Below are positions 50,632 to 60,973 of a stretch of 64,000 nt of DNA, piece after piece. Below the pieces are notes generated by a model. That model was not told where the DNA came from. It did no database searches and saw only the letters and a list, made by a program, of their open reading frames with translations. The stretch spans positions 992,001-1,056,000 of the forward strand of contig CBDCDA010000002.1 in NCBI GenBank assembly GCA_965215335.1, read 5' to 3'. Origin of the DNA: an uncultured Candidatus Entotheonella sp. (GTDB lineage: Bacteria > Tectomicrobia > Entotheonellia > Entotheonellales > Entotheonellaceae). The position numbers and the translations under genes are program-made. How positions within the stretch are numbered: the first letter of the stretch is position 1; the number at the start of each line of letters is the position of its first letter.

Positions 50632-51987
50632 TTAATAATTGTCCTGGCGCGCGAGATTGTCGAAGCGCGTGAACTCGCCGCGAAACGCCAGGCGCAGCGT
50701 TCCGGTCGGCCCGTTGCGGTGCTTGGCGATGTTGACCTCCGCCACGCCGCGCTCGTCGCTGTCTTCGTTGTAGACCTCGTCCCGATACAGGAGCGCCACC
50801 ACGTCGGCGTCCTGCTCGATGGCGCCGGATTCGCGCAGGTCGGACAGTTGCGGTTTGGGGGGTCTTCTCTGTTCCACGGCGCGGCTGAGCTGAGACAGGG
50901 CGATCACGGGCACGCGGAGTTCGCGGGCCAGGGCTTTGAGGGCGCGGGTGATGTCGGAGATTTCCTGTTGACGATTTTCGGCGCGTGAGCGGCCCTGCAT
51001 GAGCTGCAGATAATCAATGATGACGAGCCCGAGGTCGCCCTGCTCGCTGCGCAGTCGGCGGGCCTTGGCGCGGATGTCGAGCGCCGTCTGCATGGGGGTG
51101 TCGTCGATGTAGATGCTGGCCTGGCCGGAGAGGTCCCCGGCCGCCGTGGTCAGCAGGCTCCAATCGCTGCCGGCCAGAAACCCGGTGCGCAGCTTGGCGG
51201 AATCGACCCTGGCCTCGGCGCACAGCATGCGCAGGGCCATTTGTTCCTTCGACATTTCGAGGCTGAAGATGGCGATTGGCTTGCCCGTCCGCATGCCCGC
51301 ATGGGCGGCGACGTTCAGGGCAAGGGTGGTTTTGCCCATGCTGGGCCGCCCGGCGATGATGATCAGGTCGGAGGACTGCAGGCCAGCTGTCTTACTGTCG
51401 AGGTCGCTGAAACCGGTGGGCAGGCCGGTAATCGGGTCCTTGCGCGCCGACAGGGTTTCCAATTGCCGGAAGCTGTCTTTCAGGACGCTCTGGAGGTCAA
51501 TGAAGCCGGAGGTGGCCTTGCCCTGGCTGATTTCGAGAATCGACCGCTCGGCGCGGTCGAGCAGCGCGGCCACATCCTCGTCCGCCTCGTAACTGTCCGT
51601 CACGATAGTGGTGGCCGTGCGGATGAGGGCGCGCAGGATACTCTTTTCCCGCACCACGCGGGCGTGGTAGTCGACGTGTGCGGCGGTAGGCACCATCTCG
51701 ACGAGTTCCGCCAGGTAGGCAGGACCGCCTATCGCGTCGAGGCGATCTTTCTTTTTCAGCCATTCGTTGACGGTGAGGACGTCAATAGGAACATTTTCCT
51801 GGAAGAGGTCAAGCATGGCGCAGAACAGCCAGCGGTGGGCGTCGTGGTAAAAATCTTCTTCCTGCAGCGTGTCCGCGAGCCGGACGATCGCGTCGTTATT
51901 TTGCAGGATCGCCCCCAGAATGCTTTGCTCCATCTCCACACTCTGGGGCGGTAGTTTCTGGATAGCGATGGACTGTCCGTTGTCCAT
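50632..51987 (-). CDS. dnaB: Replicative DNA helicase
   Basis: PPQSVEMEQSILG, GRPSMGKT, FSLEM, IDYLQL, LSQLSR, DLRESGAIEQDAD, KHRNGP. Confidence 0.97.
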   Translation of the reverse strand: MDNGQSIAIQKLPPQSVEMEQSILGAILQNNDAIVRLADTLQEEDFYHDAHRWLFCAMLDLFQENVPIDVLTVNEWLKKKDRLDAIGGPAYLAELVEMVPTAAHVDYHARVVREKSILRALIRTATTIVTDSYEADEDVAALLDRAERSILEISQGKATSGFIDLQSVLKDSFRQLETLSARKDPITGLPTGFSDLDSKTAGLQSSDLIIIAGRPSMGKTTLALNVAAHAGMRTGKPIAIFSLEMSKEQMALRMLCAEARVDSAKLRTGFLAGSDWSLLTTAAGDLSGQASIYIDDTPMQTALDIRAKARRLRSEQGDLGLVIIDYLQLMQGRSRAENRQQEISDITRALKALARELRVPVIALSQLSRAVEQRRPPKPQLSDLRESGAIEQDADVVALLYRDEVYNEDSDERGVAEVNIAKHRNGPTGTLRLAFRGEFTRFDNLARQDNY

Positions 51988-51999
51988 GGCGGCACCGCC

Positions 52000-52446
52000 T
52001 CATTCTTCTGCAACGACGGTCACCTTCAGGTCGGCTGACACCGAGGCCGGCAGGCGAACGGGTACGGCGAATTCGCCGAGGCTCTTGAGCGGCTGATCGA
52101 GCTGGATGTTGCGGCGGTCGATGGTGAGGCCGACTTCCTTGAGCTGCTCGGCGATATCCATCGTCGTCACCGAGCCGAACAACTTACCCTCCTCGCCGGC
52201 CTTGCGGGTAAAGCTGAATTCCAGGGCTTTCAATTTCTCGGCCAGAGTGGCCGCTTCGAGCCGGGCACGGGCGATACGGTTGTCGCGCAGACGCTGTTCA
52301 TGGGCCAGTTGACGAGCATTTCTGGCCGTGGCCGCGATGGCCAGGCCGAGCGGCAGGAGATAGTTGCGGCCGTAGCCGTCGGCCACCTCGACGACATCGC
52401 CGATTTCGCCCAGATGCTCCACTTCATGCATCAGAATGACTTTCAT
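52000..52446 (-). CDS. rplI: 50S ribosomal protein L9
   Basis: MKVIL, G.VVEVADGYGRNYLLP, GKLFGSVT. Confidence 0.97.
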   Translation of the reverse strand: MKVILMHEVEHLGEIGDVVEVADGYGRNYLLPLGLAIAATARNARQLAHEQRLRDNRIARARLEAATLAEKLKALEFSFTRKAGEEGKLFGSVTTMDIAEQLKEVGLTIDRRNIQLDQPLKSLGEFAVPVRLPASVSADLKVTVVAEE

Positions 52447-52516
52447 GATTTTGCCTCCTCACGGTTCGGGGATTCGGACATTATAGCAACAGTCGAGTCG
52501 TTGTCTGCCGGTCCCG

Positions 52517-53491
52517 TCAGGGTCGGTGCTCCGGTAGTTGACGGCGCTGACGTCGAAAATCGACCCACAGGTCGAACAGGCCCGCGGCGGTGCACGCCAG
52601 CATGCAAAATGGAGCCGCCAGCAGGAAAGCCAGGATGGCCAGCAGCCAGCATACCGAGGAAGGGAGCGGCAGGCGACGCCCCCAGTACACCAGAATGGCC
52701 AGCCCCTGCATGAAATAGACCGCCAGGGTGACGAGAAAGACGTTCAGTCCGATGTATTTGAGCGCTGGTGCCGGCAGAAACAGGGCGCCGCCGCTGGCCA
52801 GAAATACCCACACCAGATAATCCGTTGCACGCCAATCGGCAGTGTCCGCCGGTGCGAAGGGTATCGGTGGCTCGTGGTGCTGCAGGTAACGCCGTGCGAG
52901 CAGGTAATTCAGCACGTTGGGAAAGAGGAAGTTGATGGCGCAGACGGCAGGCAGCACGGCAGCCATGGTGCGCGGGAGCGCTTCGAGTACAGCGGCCATG
53001 GTCTCCTCGTCCCGCAGGCCCTCCATCTGCCGCAACTGCTGGTACAGCCCGTCCGCCATTTGTTCGAACACGTGGATCAGATAGGCATGCGGCGTCTGCT
53101 GGGTCATGGCGCTTACGAACAGCAACACCAAGGCGCCAATGCCGATTGGCAGGGCAACGCTCCAGGAAATGGTGCGCGAGGCCGTGTAGCCCAATCGGAT
53201 GGCCGCACCGAGCGTCAACCCCACAACGCCATGCTGGGCCATGAACAGCAGGCTTGGCGGCGGCGCGATGACGAGCAGAATGCCCGCCTGCAGGCCGATG
53301 AGCCACAGCACGTGACGCCACGGATACTTCACCGCCAGGATGGTGATGGGGAACGGCCCCAACAGGGTCGGAAACAACCATTCAAGCGGCGCAAATGCCG
53401 GGAGCAGGGCCAGGGCCAGAGACAGCCCGGCCAGAACTGGCAACTCCTTGTTACGGTAAACTCGCTGACGCTCCCTTGTATCCATCTTCAT
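52517..53491 (-). CDS. DUF2232 (YybS-like) membrane protein
   Basis: Multiple TM segments, QGLA and GLFDLWVDFR motifs, and the typical position between rpsR and rplI. Confidence 0.85.
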   Translation of the reverse strand: MKMDTRERQRVYRNKELPVLAGLSLALALLPAFAPLEWLFPTLLGPFPITILAVKYPWRHVLWLIGLQAGILLVIAPPPSLLFMAQHGVVGLTLGAAIRLGYTASRTISWSVALPIGIGALVLLFVSAMTQQTPHAYLIHVFEQMADGLYQQLRQMEGLRDEETMAAVLEALPRTMAAVLPAVCAINFLFPNVLNYLLARRYLQHHEPPIPFAPADTADWRATDYLVWVFLASGGALFLPAPALKYIGLNVFLVTLAVYFMQGLAILVYWGRRLPLPSSVCWLLAILAFLLAAPFCMLACTAAGLFDLWVDFRRQRRQLPEHRP

Positions 53492-53565
53492 ACGCTCGCT
53501 GTGGGCGCATTCCTTTCCTGCCAGGTCGTCGCGCCACCAGGACGTCACGCGTGCTGCGCGGCGGA

Positions 53566-53826
53566 TTATTCGGCTGTAAAGGGGATCAAGGCGATATGGC
53601 GTGAACGCTTAATCGCTACCGTGAGCTGGCGTTGGTGTCCCGCACAGTTGCCGGAAATGCGCCGCGGGATGATCTTGCCGCGCTCGGTCACCAGGTTGCG
53701 CAACCGCCGTATGTCCTTGTAATCGATAAACGTTACCTTGTCGGCGCAGAAGCGGCATATCTTCTTGCGCAGGAAGCGCCGCCGCTTGCGTGCTGCCGCT
53801 TTCTTTCTCGCGGTATTGACTGCCAT
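53566..53826 (-). CDS. rpsR: 30S ribosomal protein S18 (Cys-containing form)
   Basis: [36 protein letters not shown]. Confidence 0.97.
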   Translation of the reverse strand: MAVNTARKKAAARKRRRFLRKKICRFCADKVTFIDYKDIRRLRNLVTERGKIIPRRISGNCAGHQRQLTVAIKRSRHIALIPFTAE

Positions 53827-53880
53827 GCTTGCCTCTCTCGCAGGGGTGCCCCCCTGAAATGCCAAAGTGTTCCCTGATAC

Positions 53881-54303
53881 TCAGAATGGAATGTCGTCGT
53901 CCTGCGGCGGCGGGATGTCGTCATCCCGATAGGGGGGTGGGCCCGCACTCTGACGACTACCGCCGCCGTCTTGGCTGGCGCGCGGCATGAGATTGACCCG
54001 TTCGGCGACGACATCGAGCTTACTGCGTCGTTGCCCGTTTTGGTCTTCCCAGCTGCGAAACTGTAAACGACCTTCGATCAATACCGGACTGCCTTTGCTG
54101 AGGTACTGCCCGACGATCTCGGCCGAGCGCGCGAAGGTGCTGATATCGACGAAACACACATCTTCCTTTTGCTCGTCACCCTGGCGATAACGCCGATTGA
54201 CCGCCAAACCAAAGGAGGCGACCGGAGTGCCGCTCGGGGTGTAGCGCATTTCGGGATCTCGTGTGAGATTTCCTAGCAGAATGACTCTATTGAAGCTCGC
54301 CAT
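53881..54303 (-). CDS. ssb: Single-stranded DNA-binding protein
   Basis: NRVILLGNLTRDPE, KGSPVLIEGRL and C-terminal DDIPF. Confidence 0.97.
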   Translation of the reverse strand: MASFNRVILLGNLTRDPEMRYTPSGTPVASFGLAVNRRYRQGDEQKEDVCFVDISTFARSAEIVGQYLSKGSPVLIEGRLQFRSWEDQNGQRRSKLDVVAERVNLMPRASQDGGGSRQSAGPPPYRDDDIPPPQDDDIPF

Positions 54304-54349
54304 GTCTTGGCCTCCATAGCTTGCCCCCAGCTCTGATTCCGGGATCGAG

Positions 54350-54937
54350 CTAGCCGGTTGCTTCCTCGCTTTCCTGGTTCTCCGACACGTCGTCTGCGGC
54401 CACTTCCGGGGCGGCTTCCGGCTCTTCACTTCCCGCCGCCGTCACTTCGGAGGGTGTCTCCGGCGCCTCGTCCGACCCCGCTTCCGCGTCAGTGGCTGGC
54501 TCGTTGTCTCGTGCCGTGCGCCGATTATCGGGAGCACCGCGGTACGAATCCATGCGCCGTCCCATGCGTCGCCGATCTTCTCGGCCCTCGTCGCGGCCAT
54601 CGTCGTCGGGAAGGCGGGTGAAGCCGGTCATCTGTTCTTCTTTGTCGTAGCGTACGGAAATGTACCGCAAGACGCGGTCACTCAAGCGGTAGACACGCTC
54701 GAGCTCGAGGATCGCGTCGGGAAGGGCGCGGAAATGGATGAGGGTGTAATAACCGTAGCGCTGCTTGCGGATAGGATAGGCGAGACGACGTTTGCCGCCG
54801 CGTTCGATGCGGATCGTCTCCGATCCCCTGTCTTCGAGGATCTTGTTGAGGCCCTGGACAGCCTCTTCCGCCGCCTCCTCCGTCAGTTCTGGGTGCAGGA
54901 TGAAGACGGTCTCGTAAAGTGCGGTTCGTGCGTTCAT
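54350..54937 (-). CDS. rpsF: 30S ribosomal protein S6 with long charged C-terminal tail
   Basis: YETVFILHPEL, GKRRLAYPI, GYY, VLRY. Confidence 0.95.
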   Translation of the reverse strand: MNARTALYETVFILHPELTEEAAEEAVQGLNKILEDRGSETIRIERGGKRRLAYPIRKQRYGYYTLIHFRALPDAILELERVYRLSDRVLRYISVRYDKEEQMTGFTRLPDDDGRDEGREDRRRMGRRMDSYRGAPDNRRTARDNEPATDAEAGSDEAPETPSEVTAAGSEEPEAAPEVAADDVSENQESEEATG

Positions 54938-54942
54938 CAAAT

Positions 54943-54980
54943 CTCCTTGTGGCTTGCAGCCCGCTATGACGGGCAAGGAG
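54943..54980 (-). promoter_or_regulatory. Probable S6:S18 autoregulatory leader hairpin
   Basis: In the mRNA, CUCCUUG pairs with CAAGGAG (the rpsF RBS), with an inner CCCG/CGGG stem. Confidence 0.6.
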
Positions 54981-54996
54981 TGGCCCCTTCGTGGGG

Positions 54997-55560
54997 TTAC
55001 GTTGTCGCCACATCGTCTCCCATGGGCGTCTCTGTCCGGTCGACAAGATCTTCCAGCCTTTCTACCGCCTCGTCAATCATCGCCTGCCGAGCGTCTGCTT
55101 CCTGCGGAGAAAACGGAGACAACACGTAATCGATGACATCCTCCTTTCGGGGCGGCCGCCCGATACCCAGTCGCAGGCGGAGATACTTGTCGCTCTGCAG
55201 GCATTGGGTAATGGAGCGAATGCCTCGGTGTCCGGCGTCGCCGCCCTGTTCCTTGAGGCGCAATTTGCCTAACGGCAGATCAATGTCGTCGTGGACAACG
55301 ACGAGCAACTCCTGGTGCCGCCGGTAACGGCGCACCAGCGGAGCGACCGCTTCGCCGCTGGCGTTCATGAAGGTTTGCGGCTTGGCCAACAGGATCGTGT
55401 GGGCGCCGATCCGGCCTGTGGCGCAGACCGCCTCGGACTCCCAACGCCGTACGGAAATACCGTGACGGTCGGCAAGGGCGTCGACGACATCGTAGCCGAC
55501 GTTATGACGGTGGCGCCGGTAGCGTTGCCCGGGATTACCCAAGCCGACGATCACGTCCAC
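54997..55560 (-). CDS. pth: Peptidyl-tRNA hydrolase
   Basis: IVGLGNPG, RHNVG, KPQTFMNASG, VVHDDIDL, RLRLGIG. Confidence 0.96.
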   Translation of the reverse strand: MDVIVGLGNPGQRYRRHRHNVGYDVVDALADRHGISVRRWESEAVCATGRIGAHTILLAKPQTFMNASGEAVAPLVRRYRRHQELLVVVHDDIDLPLGKLRLKEQGGDAGHRGIRSITQCLQSDKYLRLRLGIGRPPRKEDVIDYVLSPFSPQEADARQAMIDEAVERLEDLVDRTETPMGDDVATT

Positions 55561-55576
55561 GTGTACCCGACAACCC

Positions 55577-56218
55577 CTACGCTTCAGCCGCTTCCGCGGC
55601 GGCCGGTGTTTCCGCGCCGCCTTCTACCGCTTCCGGAGCCTCACGGTCCGCGCCAGCAGCATGCAAGGTGACGACGGCCGTTTCGGCATCCGTGATCAAG
55701 GTGACGCCTGCAGGCAAATCCAGGCCGCCGGCGTGGAGCGTCTGGTTGCCTGTCAGGGCGGCAAGGTCTACACGGATGCTTTCGGGAATGTCGCCCGGCA
55801 GACACCCGATCTCCACCTCGCGCAGAACCAGCGACGCCGTCGTGTTGGCGATCTTGAACTCATCAGGCAGCTCGTTGATCGTCTCGACATTGACCGTCAC
55901 GCGAATGGGCTCGTTGGGATCAACGCGGAAAAAATCGACGTGCAGCGGCTCGCGCGTGACGGGATGGATTTGCACCTCGCGCAGGATGGCGTGGCACTGC
56001 TCCTCTTGTTGGTCGCCAAGGAGATTCATGTCGAGGACGGCGTTGCTGCCGCCCGCGGAGCGCCGGATTTCGACCAAGGTGTTCGCTGCGATCGTCAGCG
56101 CCGTGCTGTCCCCCTTGCCGTAGATGACGGCCGGCAAGCGTCCGGTGCGCCGAATCTGACGCGCCACTGACTTGCCGGTTTTTTGTCGTATGTGGGCCGT
56201 AACCCGCACTATGTCCAT
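55577..56218 (-). CDS. rplY: 50S ribosomal protein L25/CTC
   Basis: R..TGK..ARQIRR.G.LPAVIYG, Q.HPV....HVDF. Confidence 0.93.
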   Translation of the reverse strand: MDIVRVTAHIRQKTGKSVARQIRRTGRLPAVIYGKGDSTALTIAANTLVEIRRSAGGSNAVLDMNLLGDQQEEQCHAILREVQIHPVTREPLHVDFFRVDPNEPIRVTVNVETINELPDEFKIANTTASLVLREVEIGCLPGDIPESIRVDLAALTGNQTLHAGGLDLPAGVTLITDAETAVVTLHAAGADREAPEAVEGGAETPAAAEAAEA

Positions 56219-56281
56219 GCATAACCTCCCGCTGGAACGCGGCGTACCGGCACCGCCTCGCACCGGTGTCCATCTATCCAT

Positions 56282-57226
56282 CTAATTGAACAATGAACTC
56301 ACCGAATCGTCCGAATGGATTCGTTTAATGGCTTCGCCCAACAGGGGCGCTACCGACAAGACGTGCACGCGGTCTTCCTTGTCGGCTTTGGCACCGAGCG
56401 GAATCGTGTCCGTCACGGCAAGCTGCTGCAGGCCGGAAGACCCAAGGCGCTGCATGGCCGGGCCGGACAGGACCGCGTGAGCGGCACCGGCGAACACCCG
56501 CCGCGCTCCGGCGCGCGACAGGGCGGCCGTGGCCTCGACCAGCGTTCCCGCCGTGTCCACGATGTCGTCGGCGATCAACACGTCGCGGTCCTTCACTTCG
56601 CCGACGATATGCATCACCTTGGCGATGTTCTTCTTGTCGCGGTCGCGGCGCTTGTCGATGATGGCCAGGGATGCGTCCAGGCGCTTGGCGAATGCCGTGG
56701 CGCGTTCCACGCCGCCGCCGTCCGGCGCAATGATCGTCAAATTCTGGAATTTCTGCTGCTTGAAATGTTCGACGAGGACAGGAGCGGCGAAAAGGTGATC
56801 GACCGGCATGTTGAAGTAGCCCTGGAGTTGGCCGGCATGCAGGTCAAGCGCCAATACCCGGTTTACCCCCGCAGCGGCGATCAGGTCGGCCACCAGCTTG
56901 GCAGTGATGGGCACGCGGGGGCGGTCCTTGCGGTCCTGGCGTCCGTAGCCGAAGTAAGGAATCACGGCCGTGATGCGCGCTGCTGAGGCCCGTCGGCAGG
57001 CGTCGGCCATGATCAGCAACTCCATGAGGTGCTGGTTGGCGGGCTGGCATGTCGACTGCACCAGAAAGACGTCTTGTCCGCGGACGTTCTCCTGGATTTG
57101 CACGAAGACTTCGCCGTCGCTGAAGTCGGATACCTCAATGCGACCCGGCTCGATCTGCAGATAATCGCAAATTCCACCGGCCAACCGCGGATTGGCACGC
57201 CCCGTGAAAAGCCGCAAGTCTTTCAA
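56282..57226 (-). CDS. prs: Ribose-phosphate pyrophosphokinase
   Basis: FSDGE, PYFGYGRQDRK, DLHAGQ, DDIVDTAGT. Confidence 0.97.
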   Translation of the reverse strand: MKDLRLFTGRANPRLAGGICDYLQIEPGRIEVSDFSDGEVFVQIQENVRGQDVFLVQSTCQPANQHLMELLIMADACRRASAARITAVIPYFGYGRQDRKDRPRVPITAKLVADLIAAAGVNRVLALDLHAGQLQGYFNMPVDHLFAAPVLVEHFKQQKFQNLTIIAPDGGGVERATAFAKRLDASLAIIDKRRDRDKKNIAKVMHIVGEVKDRDVLIADDIVDTAGTLVEATAALSRAGARRVFAGAAHAVLSGPAMQRLGSSGLQQLAVTDTIPLGAKADKEDRVHVLSVAPLLGEAIKRIHSDDSVSSLFN

Positions 57227-57311
57227 CTCTTTTCACCTTAAAAGATGGCAATAGCGCTGTTACCCTGAAAACATGAATTGTTCAGGAAGCGGGGAAGGCA
57301 GGAAAAACAGA

Positions 57312-57383
57312 CTGGGGCGGGAGGATTCGAACCTCCGAATGCAGGTTCCAAAGACCTGTGTCTTACCGCTTGACGACGCCCCA
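57312..57383 (-). tRNA. tRNA-Gln (TTG)
   Basis: TGGGGCGTCGTCAAGCGGTAAGAC-ACAGGT-CTTTGGA-ACCTG...GGAGGTTCGAATCCTCC-CGCCCCAG. Typical ispE-tRNAGln-prs position; CCA not encoded. Confidence 0.95.
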
Positions 57384-57435
57384 TTTGACAGGAGACACGC
57401 CGCGAAGCTGAACGCGCCGTCCTTCTCGCCGTACG

Positions 57436-58314
57436 CTAATGCTGCCCAATACCGCCCGCTCTGTCGCTGCGCCATGTCTGGCATGCCCACACCTGGCAGC
57501 CCTGATTCCGTATCGTCCGGGTCACTTCCTGCGCAACGTCATATGAGCGACACAAGGCGTACATTGTCGGGCCGCTTCCCGACATACTTACACCACACAC
57601 GCCTGGTCGGGTCAAGGCTTTTTTAAGGGTACGGAGGACGGGAAAGTGCGCCAGCATAACGGGTTCGAAATCGTTAAAGCATGCCTTTCCCAGACCCTCA
57701 ATGTCACCCGATTCGAGCTGACGAGCGAGAATAGTAGTCGTGTCGGCGTTGTCTGTCAACGTCAGGTCCAGTTGCCGATAGGCCCAGGCAGTGGGCACCG
57801 TCACGGGCGGTTTGACGAGCACGAGAGACAAAGCCGCCGGGCAGGACAGGGGCTCGAGTTCATCGCCCCGTCCACGTCCGAGAGCCGCCACCTCCGGCAG
57901 CAGGAAGAACGGCACGTCGGCGCCGATCGCGGCAGCGTGCCGGGCCAGCTCAGCCGGGCCCAACTGCAGATTCCAGAAGGCATCAAGGCCGCTGAGGGCC
58001 GCTGCCGCGTCGCTGCTGCCGCCCCCGAGACCGGCGGCAACGGGAATGGATTTGCGCAGGCTGAAACGGGCGCCGCACCCCGGTGCTGCCGATTGCAGGG
58101 CCGTGGCCGCCCGGTGCACGAGATTGCGCGAATCGCTCGGCAGGGCGGGGTCGTTGCAGTGGACGGTGATGGCGGGGCCGTCCGTGGCGTCGATGCCGAT
58201 CTCGTCGGCGAGGGATATCTTGAGGAAGATGGTGGAAATGTCGTGGTAGCCATCGGGACGACGTCCACGCACGGCCAAGCCGAGGTTGATTTTAGCCGGC
58301 GCGGAAAGAATCAC
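57436..58314 (-). CDS. ispE: 4-diphosphocytidyl-2C-methyl-D-erythritol kinase
   Basis: APAKINLGL, DGYH, IPVAAGLGGGSSDAA, GADVPFF, MSGSG. Confidence 0.96.
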   Translation of the reverse strand: MILSAPAKINLGLAVRGRRPDGYHDISTIFLKISLADEIGIDATDGPAITVHCNDPALPSDSRNLVHRAATALQSAAPGCGARFSLRKSIPVAAGLGGGSSDAAAALSGLDAFWNLQLGPAELARHAAAIGADVPFFLLPEVAALGRGRGDELEPLSCPAALSLVLVKPPVTVPTAWAYRQLDLTLTDNADTTTILARQLESGDIEGLGKACFNDFEPVMLAHFPVLRTLKKALTRPGVCGVSMSGSGPTMYALCRSYDVAQEVTRTIRNQGCQVWACQTWRSDRAGGIGQH

Positions 58315-58354
58315 GATACCTGTATCATCTCTGCAGCAGTGTTGTATCCGGATT

Positions 58355-59182
58355 TCAGGCGGGGTCCTCTTTGAGCACCCGGATTTCGGTTTGTGGCGGC
58401 GGTTGCACGCGAAACAGGTCTGCCGACACCTCGGTGTTCAATTGCACGTCCGTATAGTGCCAGACCGCCTGGCGCTGCGTTTCGGGTTCGACGACATCAA
58501 TGCGAGTCGGAAGCAGGACGTCGCCGTGCCGTTGGAAGTCGCCGTAGTTCACTCGTATAACGACTGTGCCGGCTGCGTCCTCCATCTCAAACCGCACCGC
58601 ATGCAACCCCTGTGGATCGAACCATACGCGATAGTTCGGGTTCGGTCCCGGTTGCGTGCTTTCCCACACATACAGCCGTTCGTCTTCCCGATACGCCAAG
58701 TCTCCATTGGCGGGCAACGGGTTCAGCGGAATGTCACCCAGCAGCAGGCGCAACAAGGACTGGGGCGCCACGGCGAGGCCGAACAGCCGCTCGAGATTCC
58801 GCGCCGATGCGGGCCCGACGACCAGACGGTTGTCCCGGATCATATGCAGCGCCAGCCATTCTCCGTCGGTAACAAACAGGAACAACGGCTGCCCGAACGG
58901 GCCGATGCCTTCGAGCCGCAGAGCCCTGGCATGCCGTACGACCACCACGACATCCTCCAGCGCCACGCTCCGCTTGTCGGTGCGCGCGTGCACCCGCGCC
59001 AGTCCTTTCAAGTTCTCCAGGGCGCTCCGACGTTCCGCCAAATGCTTCCAGAACGGTTCGGCGGGAACGGAGACGGGTAACGGAGGCGGCTCGGGAGGCG
59101 AAAACAGCCGCGGGACGCTACAGCCCCAAAGGAGAAACAGGCACACGGCAAGGCTAATGGCGTTGCGACTCAGGCATCCCAT
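58355..59182 (-). CDS. LolB-like/DUF4292-like lipoprotein
   Basis: Lipobox LWGC, LRLEGIGPFGQP, and position between the TPR gene and ispE. Confidence 0.7.
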   Translation of the reverse strand: MGCLSRNAISLAVCLFLLWGCSVPRLFSPPEPPPLPVSVPAEPFWKHLAERRSALENLKGLARVHARTDKRSVALEDVVVVVRHARALRLEGIGPFGQPLFLFVTDGEWLALHMIRDNRLVVGPASARNLERLFGLAVAPQSLLRLLLGDIPLNPLPANGDLAYREDERLYVWESTQPGPNPNYRVWFDPQGLHAVRFEMEDAAGTVVIRVNYGDFQRHGDVLLPTRIDVVEPETQRQAVWHYTDVQLNTEVSADLFRVQPPPQTEIRVLKEDPA

Positions 59183-60971
59183 GCGCTGCTTCCTCGATCA
59201 TGTATCGAATCTGCTGCAGCTTGTGCTCCACCGCCGGGTCGGCCTGGAGTTCCAGAGATTTTTCCCAGGCTGCCTCGGCCTCATGCATGCGGCTCAGCCG
59301 GAAGTAGATATCCCCGAGGTGTTCCTGAATGACGGGGTCATCCGGTACTTCCTCGATGGCCTTTCTCAGTTCCACCAAGGCTTTCGCGTACAACCCCTTT
59401 TGAAAATAGGCCCAGCCGAGGCTGTCGAGAAAGTAGCCGTTGGTCGGTTCGATTGCCAGGGCGCGCTGAATCACGGCAATTGATTCGTCGAGCTTGATGC
59501 CACGCTCGGCATACATGTAGCCCAGGTAATTCAGGGCGTTTGCGTGCTTGGGGTCGAGCGCGATGGTGTGCTCCATGTGCTGCACGGACGATTCGAAATC
59601 CCCCAGCTTTTCGTACACGGCGCCCAGATTGAAGTGGTAGGTGGCGTTGTCGCCGTCCAGGTCCACGGCCTTTTTCAGACTGGCGACGGCATCGTTGTAT
59701 CCCTCGCTCTTGGCCAGCAAGAGGCCGAGGTAGAAGTGCGACCCGGCCCGCTCCGGCCTCAGGGAGACGGTCTGGGTCAGAGCGTCGATCGCCTGCGGGA
59801 GGTCGTTCAGTTGTTCATAGATATACCCAAGATGCAAATAAACCTCGGGTGACTGCGGGCGCAATTTCACAGCTTCTCGCAACTCCGTCAGGGCTTCCTC
59901 GTAGCGTTCCAGTTCCTTGTAGGTTTGCGCCAGGTAGAAACGCACGTCGACATTGCCCGGTTTCATCCGCACCGCTTCCCGAAAGGCTTCGAGGGCTTCG
60001 AGGTATCGCTTCATTTCCAAACGGAGCATACCGATGCGGCGCAGGTACAGGCTCTGCGGCTCCAGCTCCTGAAGCTCCTCATAAATCCGCAGCGCTTCAT
60101 CGAGTCGTTTCTGCTGTGTATAAAGCTCGGCCAGGCGCTGCCGCAGCTTGAGATTGTAGGGATTGATCTCGGCGGCTTGCTGATACATCTCGGTCGCTTC
60201 GTCGTATCGCTTGTGCATGTCGTAGATGTTGCCGAGAAAACGCAGCGCCGGCTCGAACTGTGGTTGCTCCGCGACGGCGCGTTTCAGATAGCGTTCGGCG
60301 AGGTCGTGGTCGCCCGCCTCGGCGTGGACGCGGGCGAGGGAGTACAAGCCGCGAGTCGAGTTCGGCATCACCTGCAGCAATTCCTCAAAGACGGCGATGG
60401 CCTCATCCCGTTGTCCTGCTTCAACAAAAAGGGAGCCGAGGTGGAGATATGCCGCTTCCTGCCGAGGCTGCAAGGTGATGGACTCGCGGAAAGCGGCTTG
60501 CGCCGCCCGGTTATCGCGTCTGAAGGTATGGATTCTGCCGAGGAGGGAATAGGCCTCGTGGGACTCCGGGGCCAGTTGGATGGCGTGCTTGCAGGCTTGC
60601 AGGGCCGCCTCCAGATTGCCTTGCTTGACGTACAGGCGGGACAGCTCGAGATGCAGGAAGCTGGAATGCGATTGGGTACGCAGGGCCCGGTGCATCTCGT
60701 CAACGGCACGGTTCAGGTAATCGTGCTCCTGGTTGCTGCTGAACTGCAACAGATGACTCAGGAGGTAGTGGAAATCGGACTCGGCGCGCTGCTGCACCGT
60801 GGCGTGACGCTGAGCAGCGCCGCGCGGGCGACTCAGCGGACCGGAGTGAGGCGATTGCGCGAGGGCGCAGCCGCTGAAAAACAGCAGCAAGGCCACAACC
60901 GTGCGGAACAAAGTCCGCTTGCCCCTGCAACCTGTCACGCGCCATGCCGAGCCCGTCGTGTTCTGCATCAT
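59154..60971 (-). CDS. TPR-repeat protein, probably a lipoprotein
   Basis: Many TPRs, ANALNYLGY, YFLDSLGW, EHLGD and possible lipobox FSGC. Confidence 0.9.
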   Translation of the reverse strand: MMQNTTGSAWRVTGCRGKRTLFRTVVALLLFFSGCALAQSPHSGPLSRPRGAAQRHATVQQRAESDFHYLLSHLLQFSSNQEHDYLNRAVDEMHRALRTQSHSSFLHLELSRLYVKQGNLEAALQACKHAIQLAPESHEAYSLLGRIHTFRRDNRAAQAAFRESITLQPRQEAAYLHLGSLFVEAGQRDEAIAVFEELLQVMPNSTRGLYSLARVHAEAGDHDLAERYLKRAVAEQPQFEPALRFLGNIYDMHKRYDEATEMYQQAAEINPYNLKLRQRLAELYTQQKRLDEALRIYEELQELEPQSLYLRRIGMLRLEMKRYLEALEAFREAVRMKPGNVDVRFYLAQTYKELERYEEALTELREAVKLRPQSPEVYLHLGYIYEQLNDLPQAIDALTQTVSLRPERAGSHFYLGLLLAKSEGYNDAVASLKKAVDLDGDNATYHFNLGAVYEKLGDFESSVQHMEHTIALDPKHANALNYLGYMYAERGIKLDESIAVIQRALAIEPTNGYFLDSLGWAYFQKGLYAKALVELRKAIEEVPDDPVIQEHLGDIYFRLSRMHEAEAAWEKSLELQADPAVEHKLQQIRYMIEEAAHGMPESQRH

Positions 60972-60973
60972 CC

